From Eledone cirrhosa (taxonomy: Eukaryota): a DNA stretch of 64,000 nt. The DNA lies in contig OZ024743.1 of assembly GCA_964016885.1 (NCBI GenBank), forward strand, positions 250,852,001-250,916,000, read 5' to 3'. A program made the translations under genes and the position numbers. Shown here in pieces: positions 1-12,900 of this stretch (within the stretch, counting starts at the first letter, position 1; the number at the start of each line of letters is the position of its first letter). The notes under the pieces are model-generated. The model was not told the origin of the DNA. It saw nothing but the letters and a program-made list of their open reading frames with translations, and ran no database searches.

Positions 1-208
1 AGTTGTTGGTTGTGGTGTTATTGTCATTGTTCTTGTTGTTGGTGCTGGTATTATTTTCCGGGTTTGGTTCCGTGGTTTCAATATTTTCAACGTTTTTCGA
101 TAATGCGAGTGGGGAAGGCTGCAAGCTTTGTACTCCTACCTTCCCTCCACCGCTTTTTTTAGTGAACGTGGTACTCACGACAGTGAGCGAGGTTGAAATG
201 GCATCCAT
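1..208 (-). CDS. N-terminus of an ORF running off the left edge (MDAISTSLTVVSTTFTKKSGGGKVGVQSLQPSPLALSKNVENIETTEPNPENNTSTNNK...), probably ORF1 of a LINE whose 5' UTR spans about 209-400
   Basis: ATG at 208 with 69 open codons to the edge (translated by hand, absent from the ORF track). The upstream CpG-containing leader ends abruptly at 400 against the minisatellite. LINE identity is inferred. Confidence 0.4.
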   Translation of the reverse strand, partial: MDAISTSLTVVSTTFTKKSGGGKVGVQSLQPSPLALSKNVENIETTEPNPENNTSTNNKNNDNNTTTNN

Positions 209-400
209 TATTGACTACCAAGTCTACACAGTTTTGAGATGAAAATGAAAAATTCGCTCCAGAAAGGGGCGAAAATTAGTTGACTCAACGCCTGAAGGCC
301 CAGGCACGGGGTTAACTAAACAATGCTAACAAATTGAACAATGAACTCACATTTTTTTTTAACAATAATCCGTAAAAATCCGGAGCGAAGTAATACACGA

Positions 401-2156
401 GTTTGTTGGTTTAGTGAGAGAGGGGGAATTGTGAGAAAGAGTGAGGCATGTAGTGAGATATAGAGAGGGGGAGACAAGTTGGTGGTATAGTGAGAGAGAA
501 AGTATTGTGCGAGTGAGAAATAATGAGGTATGCAATGAAATATAGAGAGTGGGAGAGAATTCGGTGGTCTTGTGAGAGAGGGTGAATTGTGAGATAGTGG
601 GAGGTATGTAGTGGGTTATAGAGAGTGGTGAGAGTTTATTGGCCTAGTGAGAGAGGAAGAGTTAAGAGAGTGAGGCATGTAGTGGAATATATAGAGGGGG
701 AGAGAATTTGGTGGTTTAGTAAGAGAGGGGGAATTGGGAGTAAGCGAGTTGCATGTAATGAGATATAGAGAGGAGGAGAGAATTTGTTGGATATGTGAGA
801 GAGGGGGAATTAAGAGAGTGAAAGAGACTGAGTTATGTAGGGGAATAAAGAGAGAGAGACAGAAATCTGTAGTCTAGTGAGAGGGAGTGAGGTATGTCGT
901 GGGATGTAGAGACCGGGAGAAAATGTGTTGGTTTAGTGAGAGAAGGGGATTGTGAGTAAGAGTGGGGTATGTAATGGGTTATAGAGAGGGTGAAAGAGTT
1001 TATTGGCCTGGTGAGAGAGGGGGTATTTTGAGAGTGAAAGAGAGTGAGATATGTAGAGGAATATAAAGAGGGAGGGAGAGTTTGTTGGTCTAGTGAGAGA
1101 GGGGTTTTGTGAGCGAGAGGGAGGTATGTATTGGGACATAGAGAGCGGGAGAGTCTTTGTTGTTTTAGAGAAAGAGGGGGAATTAAGATAGTGAAATATA
1201 AGAATATGAAATGGAATATAGAGGGGGAGAGAGAATTTGGTGGTCTAGAGAGAGAGGGGGGTATTGTGAGAGAAAGTGAGGTATGTAGTTGGATATAGAG
1301 ATGGGGAGATAGATTGTTGGTGAAGTGAGAGAGAGTGATGTATCTAATGGTATAGAGTGAGGGGAGATAGAGTTTGCTGCTTTATTGAGGGAGGGGAATT
1401 GTGAGAGAGATTGGGGTATGTTGTAGGATAGAAAGAGGGGGAGTGAGTTTGTTGGTTTAAGGAGAGAGGGGGAAAATTAAGGGAGTGAGAGAGACTGAGG
1501 TATGTAGTTTTATATAGAGAGAGGGAGATTGATTAGTGGTCTAGTGAATGAGGGGGTATCGTGAGAGAATGAGTTATGTAGTGTTATAGAATGAAGGGGA
1601 GAGAATTTAGTGGTCTAGTGAGAGAGAGAGGCAAATGTGAGACAGAGTGAGGTATGTAGCGGGATATAGAGAGGGGGGAGAATTTAATGGCCTAGTGAGA
1701 GAGGGGGAATTGTGAGGGCTATATAGTGGGATATAGAGAGCGGGAAAGAATGTGTTGGTTTGGAGAGAGAGGGGGAATTAAGTGCATGGAAGAGAGTGAG
1801 TTATTTAGTAGAATATAGAAAGGGGTGAGAATTTAGCGTTCTAGTGAGAGGGGGAGAATTGTGAGAGAGAGTGAGGTATGTAATGGGATATAGAGTGTGG
1901 GAGAGAATTTGTTTGTTTATTTAGGGAAGGGGAATTAGGAGAGTAAAATAAAGAGTGGGGGATGTAGTGGCATATAGAGAGGAGCAGAGAGTTTGGTGGT
2001 ATAGTGAGAGAGGGGTCATTGTAAAAGCGATAGAGAGTGAAGTATGTAGTGGGATATAGCAAGGATGAGGGAGTTTGTTGGTTTAGTGAGAGAGGGAGAA
2101 TGTTAGTTTCGTGAGAGTGGGTGAGGCATGTAGCGGTATGTTGAGAGGGTGAGAGA
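401..2156. repeat. Degenerate purine-rich minisatellite, unit about 70-80 bp
   Basis: Recurring GTTTGTTGGTYTAGTGAGAGAGGGGGAATTGTGAG...GAGTGAGGTATGTAGTGGGATATAGAGAG; roughly 20-25 diverged units (estimate). Confidence 0.9.
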
Positions 2157-2263
2157 GGATTATTATTTTGAGAGAGAGTGACGAAATATTTGTAGGAAGG
2201 AAGAAAAATGTTTTTATTGGGTTACACAGTGTATATGAGTGTGTGTGTTTACATGTATATGTG

Positions 2264-2305
<42 letters not shown>

Positions 2306-2367
2306 TGTTGTGTGTGTTTATGTTTGTATAGGTGTGTGTGTGTTTATATGTGTATTTATTTATGTGA

Positions 2368-2660
2368 AAGCGCGTGGTTACTGTATTCGGGTCACAATCG
2401 TAAGCTTGTGAGTTCGATTCCCAGCAACGCATTGTGTCCTTGAGCAAGATACTTTATTTCATGTTGCTCCAGTCCACTCCGCTGCAAAAAGGAGTTTTAC
2501 CTGTAATTCGAAGAATCAAACTTCTCACACTGAATCTCCTTGGGACAAACTTAAAGGGTACGGGTGTCTGTGGATTGCTCAGCCACTTGCACATTAATTT
2601 CAGGAGTAGGCTGTTCTGTTGATAGTATCAACTGGAACACTTGTTGTCGTGATCGATGGA
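2368..2660 (+). mobile_element. tRNA-derived SINE with CORE-like domain
   Basis: B-box GTTCGATTCC followed by TGTGTCCTTGAGCAAGATACTTTATTTC; related segments at 14780-14910, 54955-55094 and 56250-56440. Confidence 0.75.
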
Positions 2661-2721
2661 GTGACTCCACTTATATGTGTATGTTTATATCTATATATAT
2701 AGATATAAACATATATATATA

Positions 2722-2830
2722 TTTGTTTTGCGAGGTTTTTGATATAAAATCGTGTGTCGAAACAAATATTGTTATACTTGGGGAGGGTCATATTGTTGTA
2801 ATAATATTGCCAGAAATAATAACAGAACAC
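2722..2830 (-). mobile_element. Terminal fragment related to the Penelope-like element at 44028-45242
   Basis: Reverse complement aligns by eye with 45160-45235 (ATGACCCT..CCAAGTATAACAATAT..GTTTC.ACACACG); adjoins a (TA)n run. Confidence 0.6.
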
Positions 2831-2935
2831 AATCACTGTTTGGTTGATTTTCGCTTCTGCATCTTTTATATTTCCATAGTTAATTCATTTGGCCATCAAT
2901 GTTTATCACTGACTGACCAACGCTCAAAAATACAG

Positions 2936-3009
<74 letters not shown>

Positions 3010-3010
<1 letters not shown>

Positions 3011-3053
3011 AACAAAGTTCTTTCGTTGCACATCTGCAACATCATCAGTGGTA
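3010..3053 (-). ncRNA. Minimal type I hammerhead ribozyme motif
   Basis: UACCA-CUGAUGA-U-GUUGCA(GAUG)UGCAAC-GAAA-GAAC-UU-UGUUA: intact core, perfect 6-bp stem II, stem I 4 of 5 pairs; abuts (TA)n. Confidence 0.7.
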
Positions 3054-3324
3054 CTATTATCATGTTTCCCCTACTGTATTGTATGTATTGTAATGTCTAC
3101 GCCGTTTTTATTTTAAATATAACAACAATATGACCCTCTTCAAGTGTCTCTTAATTAGGGTAACATTTAAGCATTTCAGATGATACTCCACTTATGTGAC
3201 ACCTGATTTACTTATAGATAGATATCTGTGTGTGCATATATATATTTGTTTTCTTCAAGATGGAAAGGAATGTATTCAGAACACTTACCTATATATATAT
3301 CTAAGTAAAAGTCTATCTTAAGCT

Positions 3325-3552
3325 AGCAGGCCCATTTGGCCAGTGATTATCCCATTTCATGACGTGAAGCGACTGAAAGTACAAGACCCTCCCCCGGACA
3401 GGACGCCAGTCCATCGCAGGGTTAAGCTCCTATCTATTGCTGGTACTCATTTTCAACCGAGTATGCTGGAGCAATGTGAAACACAACACGCAACCCAGGA
3501 ATCGAACCCACGGCATCATGATCGTAAGTCCAATACCCTTACCATTAGGCCA
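3325..3552 (-). mobile_element. tRNA-derived SINE (CORE/V-domain-like)
   Basis: Minus strand: A-box-like TGGCCTAATGG, B-box GGTTCGATTCC, then CCTGCGATGGACTGGCGTCCTGTCC. Confidence 0.7.
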
Positions 3553-5331
3553 TATATAGTCATCACTTTTTCGTCTATTCTTCTATGCTTGAATGATTTA
3601 GCTGAATCCTTTCCAATGCAGCATCTCTCCACTCATTTGTTCCCTCTGCAATTACTTTTGTCATAGTCAACATGCTAAGATCATCTTTCACAATCTTTGT
3701 CCCAATCGCTCTTCATCTTCCTCTCCCACATATTCCTTCTACTTGAATTTCCTGGCTTTTCTTCATTCTACAATCATCATTCATGTACATTATATCTCTG
3801 TTCAAGTTTATCGCTGAGCTCATCTGTGTTTCTCATCCATTGACACTAACTACAACTATTAACAACTTCTTACTCAGTATATTACTGTTAATTTATCTTT
3901 AAAATCTATCACAGAAATGTAATTTTCTTTCAACTTTGAATGAATTCAAACTCAGAACGCCAACTCTCCAAACGTCTGATCAGATACACAAATATAATCT
4001 CAAACCCATGTCTTATCTTGTGACCTATATCTATATCAACGAGATTATTTTATAAATTTTCAAATCGATCTAAAATTCAGAGAAAGAAAAACAGAGAGGT
4101 ACTGGGATTAAATAAATGATTTCCTATTAGGCCTATTAAGGGTAACAAGAAATATTAAGATATTAAGATATATATGTTTGCAGGAAATAAATCTGTTCCA
4201 TCATTAATCAACATGCACACATGCATAAACTGGCTTTGTTGTCTTATTATTATGAAATATTAGCAGAAACAATTAAACTGAAAGATTTTTAGCTTATGGC
4301 TTAGCAACAATAATTTATCTAGCAGGCATTATTTAGATTGCAATAAATGTGCTCAAGATATTGCTCGTATTTTTGTATTTTATTTTTTGCTGAAAATTTA
4401 TATTTATTTAATGGAACTGAATTGCAGAATTTATTCGTTGATTTATCTGTAATCTCACACTGATTAAATTTCAGCTCAGCTAAAAATTATTCTTGAAAAA
4501 TTTGAATTAAAAAAAATATAGAGCTAACAGGGGTAGGGGGATAAATAATTAAAAAAGGGAGAGAAATTAACAATTAGAATTTTTACAAAGAGAAAAATAT
4601 TATTGTAAAAGATGTTTAAAAAATAAAAAAAAATAAAACAAAACACCTTCATGTGTTAGAATAACAAGTTTTTTTTTAGAGAAATACTGGCACAACTATG
4701 AAGAATTATTGAAATACTCTTGGAATGCTATTTATTAAGTAATCTTAATCAGAAATGTAATTTTTCAATTTTTCCTCAACAAATTTCAAGATTTGAAAAT
4801 TTTTATAAAATTATAATTAAATTAAAACAAATGTTAAATAAAATAAAATAAGAGCAACTGGAATGGTGAAAAAAGTAAAAGATAAAAACAAAAATAAACC
4901 AAGAAAGAAAATTCGGTGTTATATACAGTTAAAGCAATCATAGAGATCTGAGAAGAAATATTGAGAAAAATACTAAATAATGTATTTTTAATTTTCTTAG
5001 AATTTCAAAATATATTTTGTTGTTTTATAAATAATATTTATATATTTATATTTTGATGATTTCTATTATATTTTGTTGTTATTTAAAAAAATTATACTTT
5101 AATATAATTCTTTTAAAATTTTATATCCAATGTTTACCAAAATTCTGAAGTATTAAAGAAAATATATAAAAATACATGAACACGATTACCATCATTACCA
5201 TTATTAAGAGTAAAGGAAGATGGGGAGTGGGGAGATGCAAGAGGAGAAAGTGGATTGATAACAGTAGCAAATATTTCCATGATCAATATAAATATTTTTG
5301 TGGCTTTCTATAATCGATATTAACTCCCTAG

Positions 5332-5426
<95 letters not shown>

Positions 5427-5697
5427 TAAATATACGGATATATAAATGTATATATTTCTATGTATATATAATATATAGTACATGAGCTTGAAGAATGCAA
5501 AGTATGTAAACATAAATTTTCAAAAGTGTGAGTTTAATCCCATCTGCCCATTAAAAAAATATTTTTTCTGTGTAATTTGCTATATTTTGATGTGATTAAA
5601 AAAACTTATATACAGACAAACATATGCTCCCTTGTGCATTTATATGAATATATACACATTTATAAATGTGTATATATGTATTTGCATACATACATAC

Positions 5698-6292
5698 ATG
5701 GTGGCTGCCAACTCGTTTTCGAGTACGGCCACTACTTTATATCCATGTAGGAGAACCCCTACCGATGGGCTGAACGAGTGACTTTTTAGTCCAGCCAGCG
5801 ACTTGAAAACTCTGGCACAAACTTGTGACAATTATTGACACAGTGCTGGGCCCATGGTACCATGTGACGACAAGTGCAGAGAGATCTCCAGATATAAAGC
5901 AATGCCTGTGCCGTGAAGCTTTTATAGTGAGCAAAGGCACTGCACAAAGCCAGTCCCACTCTCTTAACCAAGATGATATTTACCAAAAAGAAGAACAAGT
6001 CAACATCATTGGATTCCATCAGGGTTGCAGGTGTTATATCAGAGTTTTCCTTCTCCTAGAATTCTGCCTTGACAAAGGCTAGGGGGTCATCTCTCCCGGT
6101 GAGTTTGGATGGCCATTGACTCTTAAGAGCTCCTTTGCCCCTTGACAGGTTTTGTTTTTAGTCCTGCGGGATGTCCAGTCACCCTCCTCACCAAGAAACC
6201 TTGGTGGGGTTGCCAGTTTAGTCGCCAACGACCCGACCATGAAACAGGTTCTACTGGGATACATGTTACCAGTAGCACCAACTGGTGACCTG
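5698..6292 (-). mobile_element. Non-autonomous RTE derivative (RTE-type 5' UTR joined to 3' end), inserted in (CATA)n
   Basis: 5' UTR motif CTAGGAGAAGGAAAACTCTG; C-terminal C2H2 remnant VCARVFKSLAGLKSH; 3' hairpin CTCGAAAACGAG and (ATGT)n tail; related copy at 31940-32140 and related tail at 6320-6365. Confidence 0.7.
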
Positions 6293-6470
6293 ACATACAT
6301 ACATACATACATACATACATGATGATGGCTGCCCCCTCGTTATCGAGCATGGCCATTGCACGATATACCATTATTAATAATAATTAATTAATTCTATCGT
6401 GCAATGCCTGTGCGTGAAGATATTTTTTAATACATACATACATACATACATACATACATACATACATACA

Positions 6471-6502
<32 letters not shown>

Positions 6503-7420
6503 CCTTTATAAATGTGTATATATTCATATGCTTGTACAAGAGAGAGTATGTGTTCAATTATATTTATATTTTCATCATCAAAGTATTCTATATTAATATA
6601 TGTGTGAGAATGTTTTGTCATCTCAAAAGTTGTACCTATGACTAAATTAAAGTAACTAGAGGCCCTGAGTTGGGGGAGCCTTTCAGAACCCCAGCCCTTG
6701 CTGACAAGAACGTTATTGAAGATAAAATGTCTATGAGAAATAATGACTCTGAATAAAAACTGAATGAGAGTCAGAGAGGAACCTTGTGTCCAGGCAAACA
6801 GCCCCTCTAACGATAGTGCATCTAACTGCCAAGACAATTTTAGTTTCCTGTCTTGTAATATTTATATGATCTGAAGCCATAGATAGTGCTTTGTTTAGGA
6901 GGATAGGAGAAATAGATGCATAATAATTTTCAATATCAACTTATGAAAATTTCATATCTTTCTTATCTAATTTAATAAATGACACTATAACATTATTGGT
7001 ATTTCCCCATAAGTTAAGTGTAGTTTTCTGCCGAATAGTAGGTACAGTTCTATCAAAGATATTTTTATTAATTTTTTCCTATATCAGAGGGCTTATAAAT
7101 CTAATAGGTAGGTTACTAATAAAATGTTTCTTATGGGCCTTAAGGTTAAATCTCGAGGGTAAGGACTATATGGTTCAGTGTATTTTTCCTAATTCAGTTT
7201 TTTTACACTATTTTTACCCTGTCTATTGATTTCCATTAAGTTAACTCCGTTAATTTTCTAATAGTTGTTTTGAAGTTCTTTATAAATGAAATAATTATAT
7301 GAATCATAGTCCATAGTGAAAATGTTGTATTCTTGTCGGCAAGTACCTATCTTTTGATAGACTATAAAATTACATTGAGGTATGAAAAATGTGTTTGCCT
7401 TTATATGGTTGTATTATCAA

Positions 7421-7510
<90 letters not shown>

Positions 7511-7513
<3 letters not shown>

Positions 7514-8892
7514 GGTGTGGACGGTAGTTGAGGACAGATTTATGGTTTAAAAAACGGTTATATAATAACAGAAAAAAACTGTATTCTTATAAAAATAACA
7601 TAAAGATAAAGATAAATTATCAATTTAATAATTTCATTCAATAAAACTACCATGAGCATCAATAACTGCTTCTACACGGGGTCGAAATCATTTGCAAGCT
7701 CGGATTAAGTGGTGCTTGTTTATATCGGACATGACTCGAATTATGGCGGCTTTCAAAGAATCTTTTGTGCTATGGGGTGTTCATTGACATTTTTCTCAAC
7801 GATGCTCCATACATAGTAGTCCAGTGGATTGAGATCTGGAGAATTAGGAGGCCAAATGTTGGGGGTGATGTGATCATGCAAATTGTCAGCCATCCATTCT
7901 TGTGTCATTTGAGCCTTGTGTTATGGTACAGAATCTTGTTGAAAGGCACAAGGCCTTACATTGCATACACTGTTGATCCAGGGCTTAACAACTTTATCCA
8001 GAACCTCAATATATATACAGCAGCATTCACCGTAAGGCATTGTGGAAAAAAGTGAAGAGGCATCACATGTCCTTCATTGCTAACAACACCCACAACCATG
8101 ACACTTGCAGGAAATTTTGTGTGCATTACTCTTGGAACAACAAAAGGGTCTGCACATAGCCACTTGTCATTCCTTCTGTTAGTGTTCTGGTCCTGGTCTA
8201 AGTTTTTCTCATCTGAGAAAAACCAAATCACACCATCTTCTGATGGATTTTTAAGTTTGTTTAAAAGTCTTTTGGATCTGATTAAACGCTTTTCTTTTGT
8301 TTTTTCTGACATGAATTGACCTCTCCTCATCACGTAAGATTTGTATCTGATGTCTTCATGCATAACATTTCTGGTTATTTTTTCTAACACACCAACAGTT
8401 TTTGCAATTCACCTCATTGATTTTCCTGGATTGTCATCAATGTTTTGCTTAACTTCCTGAATAAATTCATGTGTCCTGATAGAATCAGAGGGTTTGGAAT
8501 GTTTTTTGCCTTTTGATACAGGTAATACGCTTCCATCTTCTTTCTCTAACTCACACCGAATTTTGTGGACAAAAGATCTTGCAACTTTCAGAAAACGAGA
8601 AATTTCTAAATCCCCATGCTTAGCCTTCAAAGCCACAATCACAGCATGTCTTTTCATTTCATTAGTAAGCATAGTTATTTTCATTGTTATTTTCTGAAAT
8701 GGAAGTTCAATAAAAATTAGTCAAATAAAATAATTGTTTCTACTTTTTGGCACAAGGCCAGCAATTACCCATTGCATTACTGGTACTTTATTTTATCGAC
8801 CCCGTAAGGATAAAAAGTTAACCTCGGCGCGATAACCTAGTCAAATAAAATAATGACTAAAAATACATGGGTCATCAAATACCGTCCGCACC

Positions 8893-8895
<3 letters not shown>
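7511..8895 (-). mobile_element. Tc1/mariner DNA transposon, DD37D (maT) family, disrupted transposase
   Basis: TIRs CAGGGTGTGGACGGTAGTTGA / CAGGGTGCGGACGGTATTTGA flanked by TA. Motifs FFSDEK, FQQD and WPPNSPDLNPLDYYVWS, with 37 codons counted between the 2nd and 3rd D. Stops and frameshifts present. Confidence 0.93.
8735..8837 (-). mobile_element. 5'-truncated Nin-domain-like SINE nested in the maT element
   Basis: 17-bp target site duplication TAGTCAAATAAAATAAT at 8718-8734 and 8838-8854; same family as 33412-33599. Confidence 0.85.
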
Positions 8896-8928
<33 letters not shown>

Positions 8929-8933
<5 letters not shown>

Positions 8934-9356
8934 AAAGTTCTATTTAAATTGTTGGGATACAACAAGTAAATATTTTATAACTGATATAAAGCACTCGACA
9001 AGTATTTGGAGTAGATATACGATATTAACAAATGGAAACTATATTTATAAAACCATATTTATTTCATTATACATATTTCAAGGATACCAAGTTAAATTAT
9101 GGTATTCCTTCATCAGACAAAATACAATATATACCAGTTTTATAAATAAACATTGACGTACCCTTTCTATCCTGATGTCTTCCAAAACTAACGGTCGCAT
9201 TTTGAAAGGGTACGTCAATGTTTATTCATAAAACTGGTATATATTGTATTTTGTCTGATGAAGGCATACCATAATTTAACTTGGTATCCTTGAAATATGT
9301 ATAATGAAATAAATATGGTTTTATAAATTTAGTTTCCATTTGTTAATATCGTATAT
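8929..9356. mobile_element. Palindromic non-coding element in (TA)n with a hammerhead-like motif in each arm
   Basis: Near-identical inverted arms about 9015-9167 and 9204-9356. CTGATGA-AGGCATACCA...TGGTATCCTT-GAAA at 9255-9295 (+) is mirrored at about 9076-9116 (-). Homologous to 18600-18815. Confidence 0.85.
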
Positions 9357-9369
9357 ATATATATATATA

Positions 9370-9540
9370 TACATATAATCGTTTAACATCTACTTTCCAC
9401 GTTATCATGGGTTAGACGGGTTTGTCTCATTTGAGACAAATTGGGTTGGGTGACTGTGTCCCGCTCATATAAGACTATTTATGGCTGGTTTTCTACGACT
9501 AGCTGACCTTCCTAACGCCAACCACATTTACAGTGTGGGT
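9370..9540 (-). mobile_element. RTE-derived short non-autonomous element
   Basis: Shares GGCGTTAGGAAGG...GTAGAAA...CCCGTCTAACCCATG..A.CGTGGAAA with many copies (e.g. 14500-14645, 49225-49440). Confidence 0.65.
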
Positions 9541-9919
9541 TGTATATATATATATAAGGCCAGCAATTACCCAGTACATTACTGGTACTTTATTTTATCG
9601 ACCCCGTAAGGATGAAAGATAAAGTTGATATATAATATAATATATATATATGTAAATATAAATACATATATATATATATATATAAATATAAATACATATA
9701 TATATATATAGAGAGAGAGAGAGCGGTATATATATGTGAGAAAACTGTTTCTGAAACCACATGTAGTTTTTGATTAGATACCATCATTATGTTTATATAG
9801 ATATATTTATTTTCAGAAACAATACCAGAAAAATATAAATATGTATCATAAAGTAGGAAAGTTTACCTCTGAGGAGGATGGAAAAAAAACGATGTATGTA
9901 TGTCTGTCTGTTTGTATGT

Positions 9920-12900
9920 ATGTTCTACTTTTAGAATTTCACACATTTTTTCCCAATAGAGAGAGAGTCGTTTCTAACATAGACACATGACTCTCTCATT
10001 GGAATTTACACAACATCAACTAGGTAGATTATGTATGCATGCATGTGTAGATATGGATGTTATTGTATGTGTGGATGTGTATGTTTTGATTTGTATGTGT
10101 GCATGTGTATATGCTTTGTATCTGTACATGTGTATATGCAGTTATTAGATGCAACATTTTTGGAATATTTTACATATTTTTACTGTTCCGTTAATGGATT
10201 GTATTTGTAATTTCCTAACTAGTTGTGTTCTTTCTGTTCCTGTGAAGCCTAGCTTCTCTTGAGGGATAAATCTGAAGGTGTAATCAGGGTGGAGTATCTG
10301 CAGATTTCTCATCAGTTGCATAAATATTCTCCTTTTCGCTAATCTTTGATATTATATTGGCATCTGCTGGGCAGCTAATTTCCACTACTGTGCATGCTTT
10401 CTTCTCCCTGTCCATATCATAATATCTGGTCTGTTATGCCTGCATTTTATTGGGGTTTTTACTGGAACATTCCACCAGTACTCTTTCATATTATGTACGT
10501 GGATGTCTTCCACATTGCTGTAGCTTTTAATGTGTTTATTATCGGGGCTATCTTTTTTACGAACTGCATTGTACTGTGTTTTAGCCACTACATCATGCCT
10601 CATAGGTAGATAGTACCACGATGACATCTTTGGACAACTGCCGATGACATGGGTGATATCCTCGATGTTATTTCTGCAGAGTCTGCACTTGTTATCACAT
10701 CTAGGTGTTTTGCCTGCATCCCTATCTCCTTTGTGAATCAGGTATTTCGTGTTAATATCCTGTTCTTGGTTTGCAAAAGCGTATCCTTCAAAGTGGGAGC
10801 CAATATAGCGGTTGTTGGTCCAAGGTAGACTACTTTCTTTATCTATATTACTCTCACTCTGGAGCTTCCTAGCAACATATCCATGCATGATTTTTTGCTG
10901 ATAAGCATGCAGTTTTCCATCCATGGATTCACTCCGATACTGCTGAGCGACTTCCCTGGGTGAGTTTTTTTATTATCACACAGGGAATATCTCTCGAGGA
11001 GTTCCTTCCCAACTCTCATGATCTTATCTGTTTCATGCAGATATACTTGCTCGAGAGACAGGCTCCTACACTTCGAGGTTCGTAGATGTTGTCGGTGGGA
11101 TATGATGCAACATTCAAATGCTGTCTGGACTGATGTTAGGCCTCTGCCTCTCTACTTACGTTTCAAGTAAAGGCGGTCTATGTCACTGTCGATGTGGAAG
11201 TTTCCGGTGTTGTTTAGTATTTTTCGAGTTCCAACATCAACTGCTCGGATTTCGTCTATCGTCCAATTGAGTATTCCAAACGTTGGTGTTAGGACAGGAA
11301 CAGCAAACACATTGTGAGCCACTGTTTTGTTTTGCGCAGAGAGTTCCGATGACCAAATCTTTCTTAATCGGGTGTAGTATTCCCTGGTTACGCGTTCCTT
11401 ATTACAGATACCATTATATGATATGTTCTCATCTATCCCCAGGTATCTGTAGCAGTCCTCATCAGATATCGGTGAAACAGTTAGGCCATTGATGACAATG
11501 TTGCTAGATTGGGTTGTTGTTTTTCCCCGCTTTACAGTCATGTATGAGCATTTATCTTGGCCAAACTCCATTCCTATATCCTTAGAGAACGTTGTAACCA
11601 GGTCAAGATTTTTCTTCGTCCCATCCATGTTCTTGGCATAGAGTTTCAGATCGTCCACAAAGAAATTATGGGTTATGTTCGTATTTCTGTCCTCCTGTGA
11701 GCCAATGATGTATCCCTTACATTTCTTGAGCAGAAAGGACAAGGGGTTTAATGACAAGATGAATAATATCACAGAGAGACTATCCCCCTAAAATATACGC
11801 CTGCAATATTTTATTTTATCAGTGAAAATAGAGTCCTCCCTCTCTGTCTTTAACCTTAGGATAGTAGCCCAAGAAGAAGACAGCCTCTCTATGGCTCTGA
11901 CAATAATGTCTGGGACTTTAGCAAGTTGGAGGGCCTTTATCATCCAAGAGTGGGGAACAGAATCAAAAGCTTTCCTGTAGTCCAGCCAGACTGTAGCCAT
12001 ATTTCTCCTAAGTTGTCGCACCTCCGACATCAAAGTTTTGTTGATTAGGAGTTGTTCAGCACATCCCCAAACCCCTTTCTTTCCAGCTGCTTGTTCATCT
12101 GTGATGATGTTATTATTTTCACAGTGATCTTGGAGGAATAGGTTCAGGCAGGCTGTATACATCTTATACATCAGGTTCTGGCATGCAATGGATCGGTAGT
12201 TTTTTGCCAAGTGGGTGTCTTTGTTCTTGGGGACCAGTAACGTATGTGCTTGGTATAAGTGTATCTCCCTTAAGAACTTGTTGGTTGAGGTCAGTAAGAT
12301 ACCTCCGATAGAATATCAGTTTTTTGTACCAGTAGCCGACAATCATGTCTCTTCCTGGTGTTTTCTTATCTTGGAGTTTTCCTATCAGTCTCAAGGATAC
12401 CCTCACTTATTTCGTATGTTTTTGTTGTAGTGTAGTAGCAATAGTTCTATCGGATTTCTCTTAGCCACACTGCATCTTGGTTGAAATTCTTCTTTTCACC
12501 CCATATTTTGCTTCAAAAGGAATCTATGTCTTTCTGGGATGGGGCCTCAGTGACACTTATTATTTTGCCCTTCATATCTCTATAGACTGATGTTTGGTTT
12601 CGTCTGAATCTTTTATTAAGCAATTTTTTCTCATCTACCTTCTTCAGGTATCGGCGTTTTTCGCTAACAGCTCTCAATTCTGGTTTGAGGATGATCAGCT
12701 TATATTGGAGAGTTGTGGTTCTACTGTTACCAAACATCGTCTCTATTTTATATTTCACTCTTTGTTGGTGAGGAGTGAAGTTTTTTTGTGTTTGTTTGCA
12801 TGTAAGGAGCATTGTCACATATCCTATGTTTTTTCGTAGGTCAGCAATCTTTTTTTCTATTTTAGTTATATATGATGGTATTTTTGGTGGTGTTCTGTTC

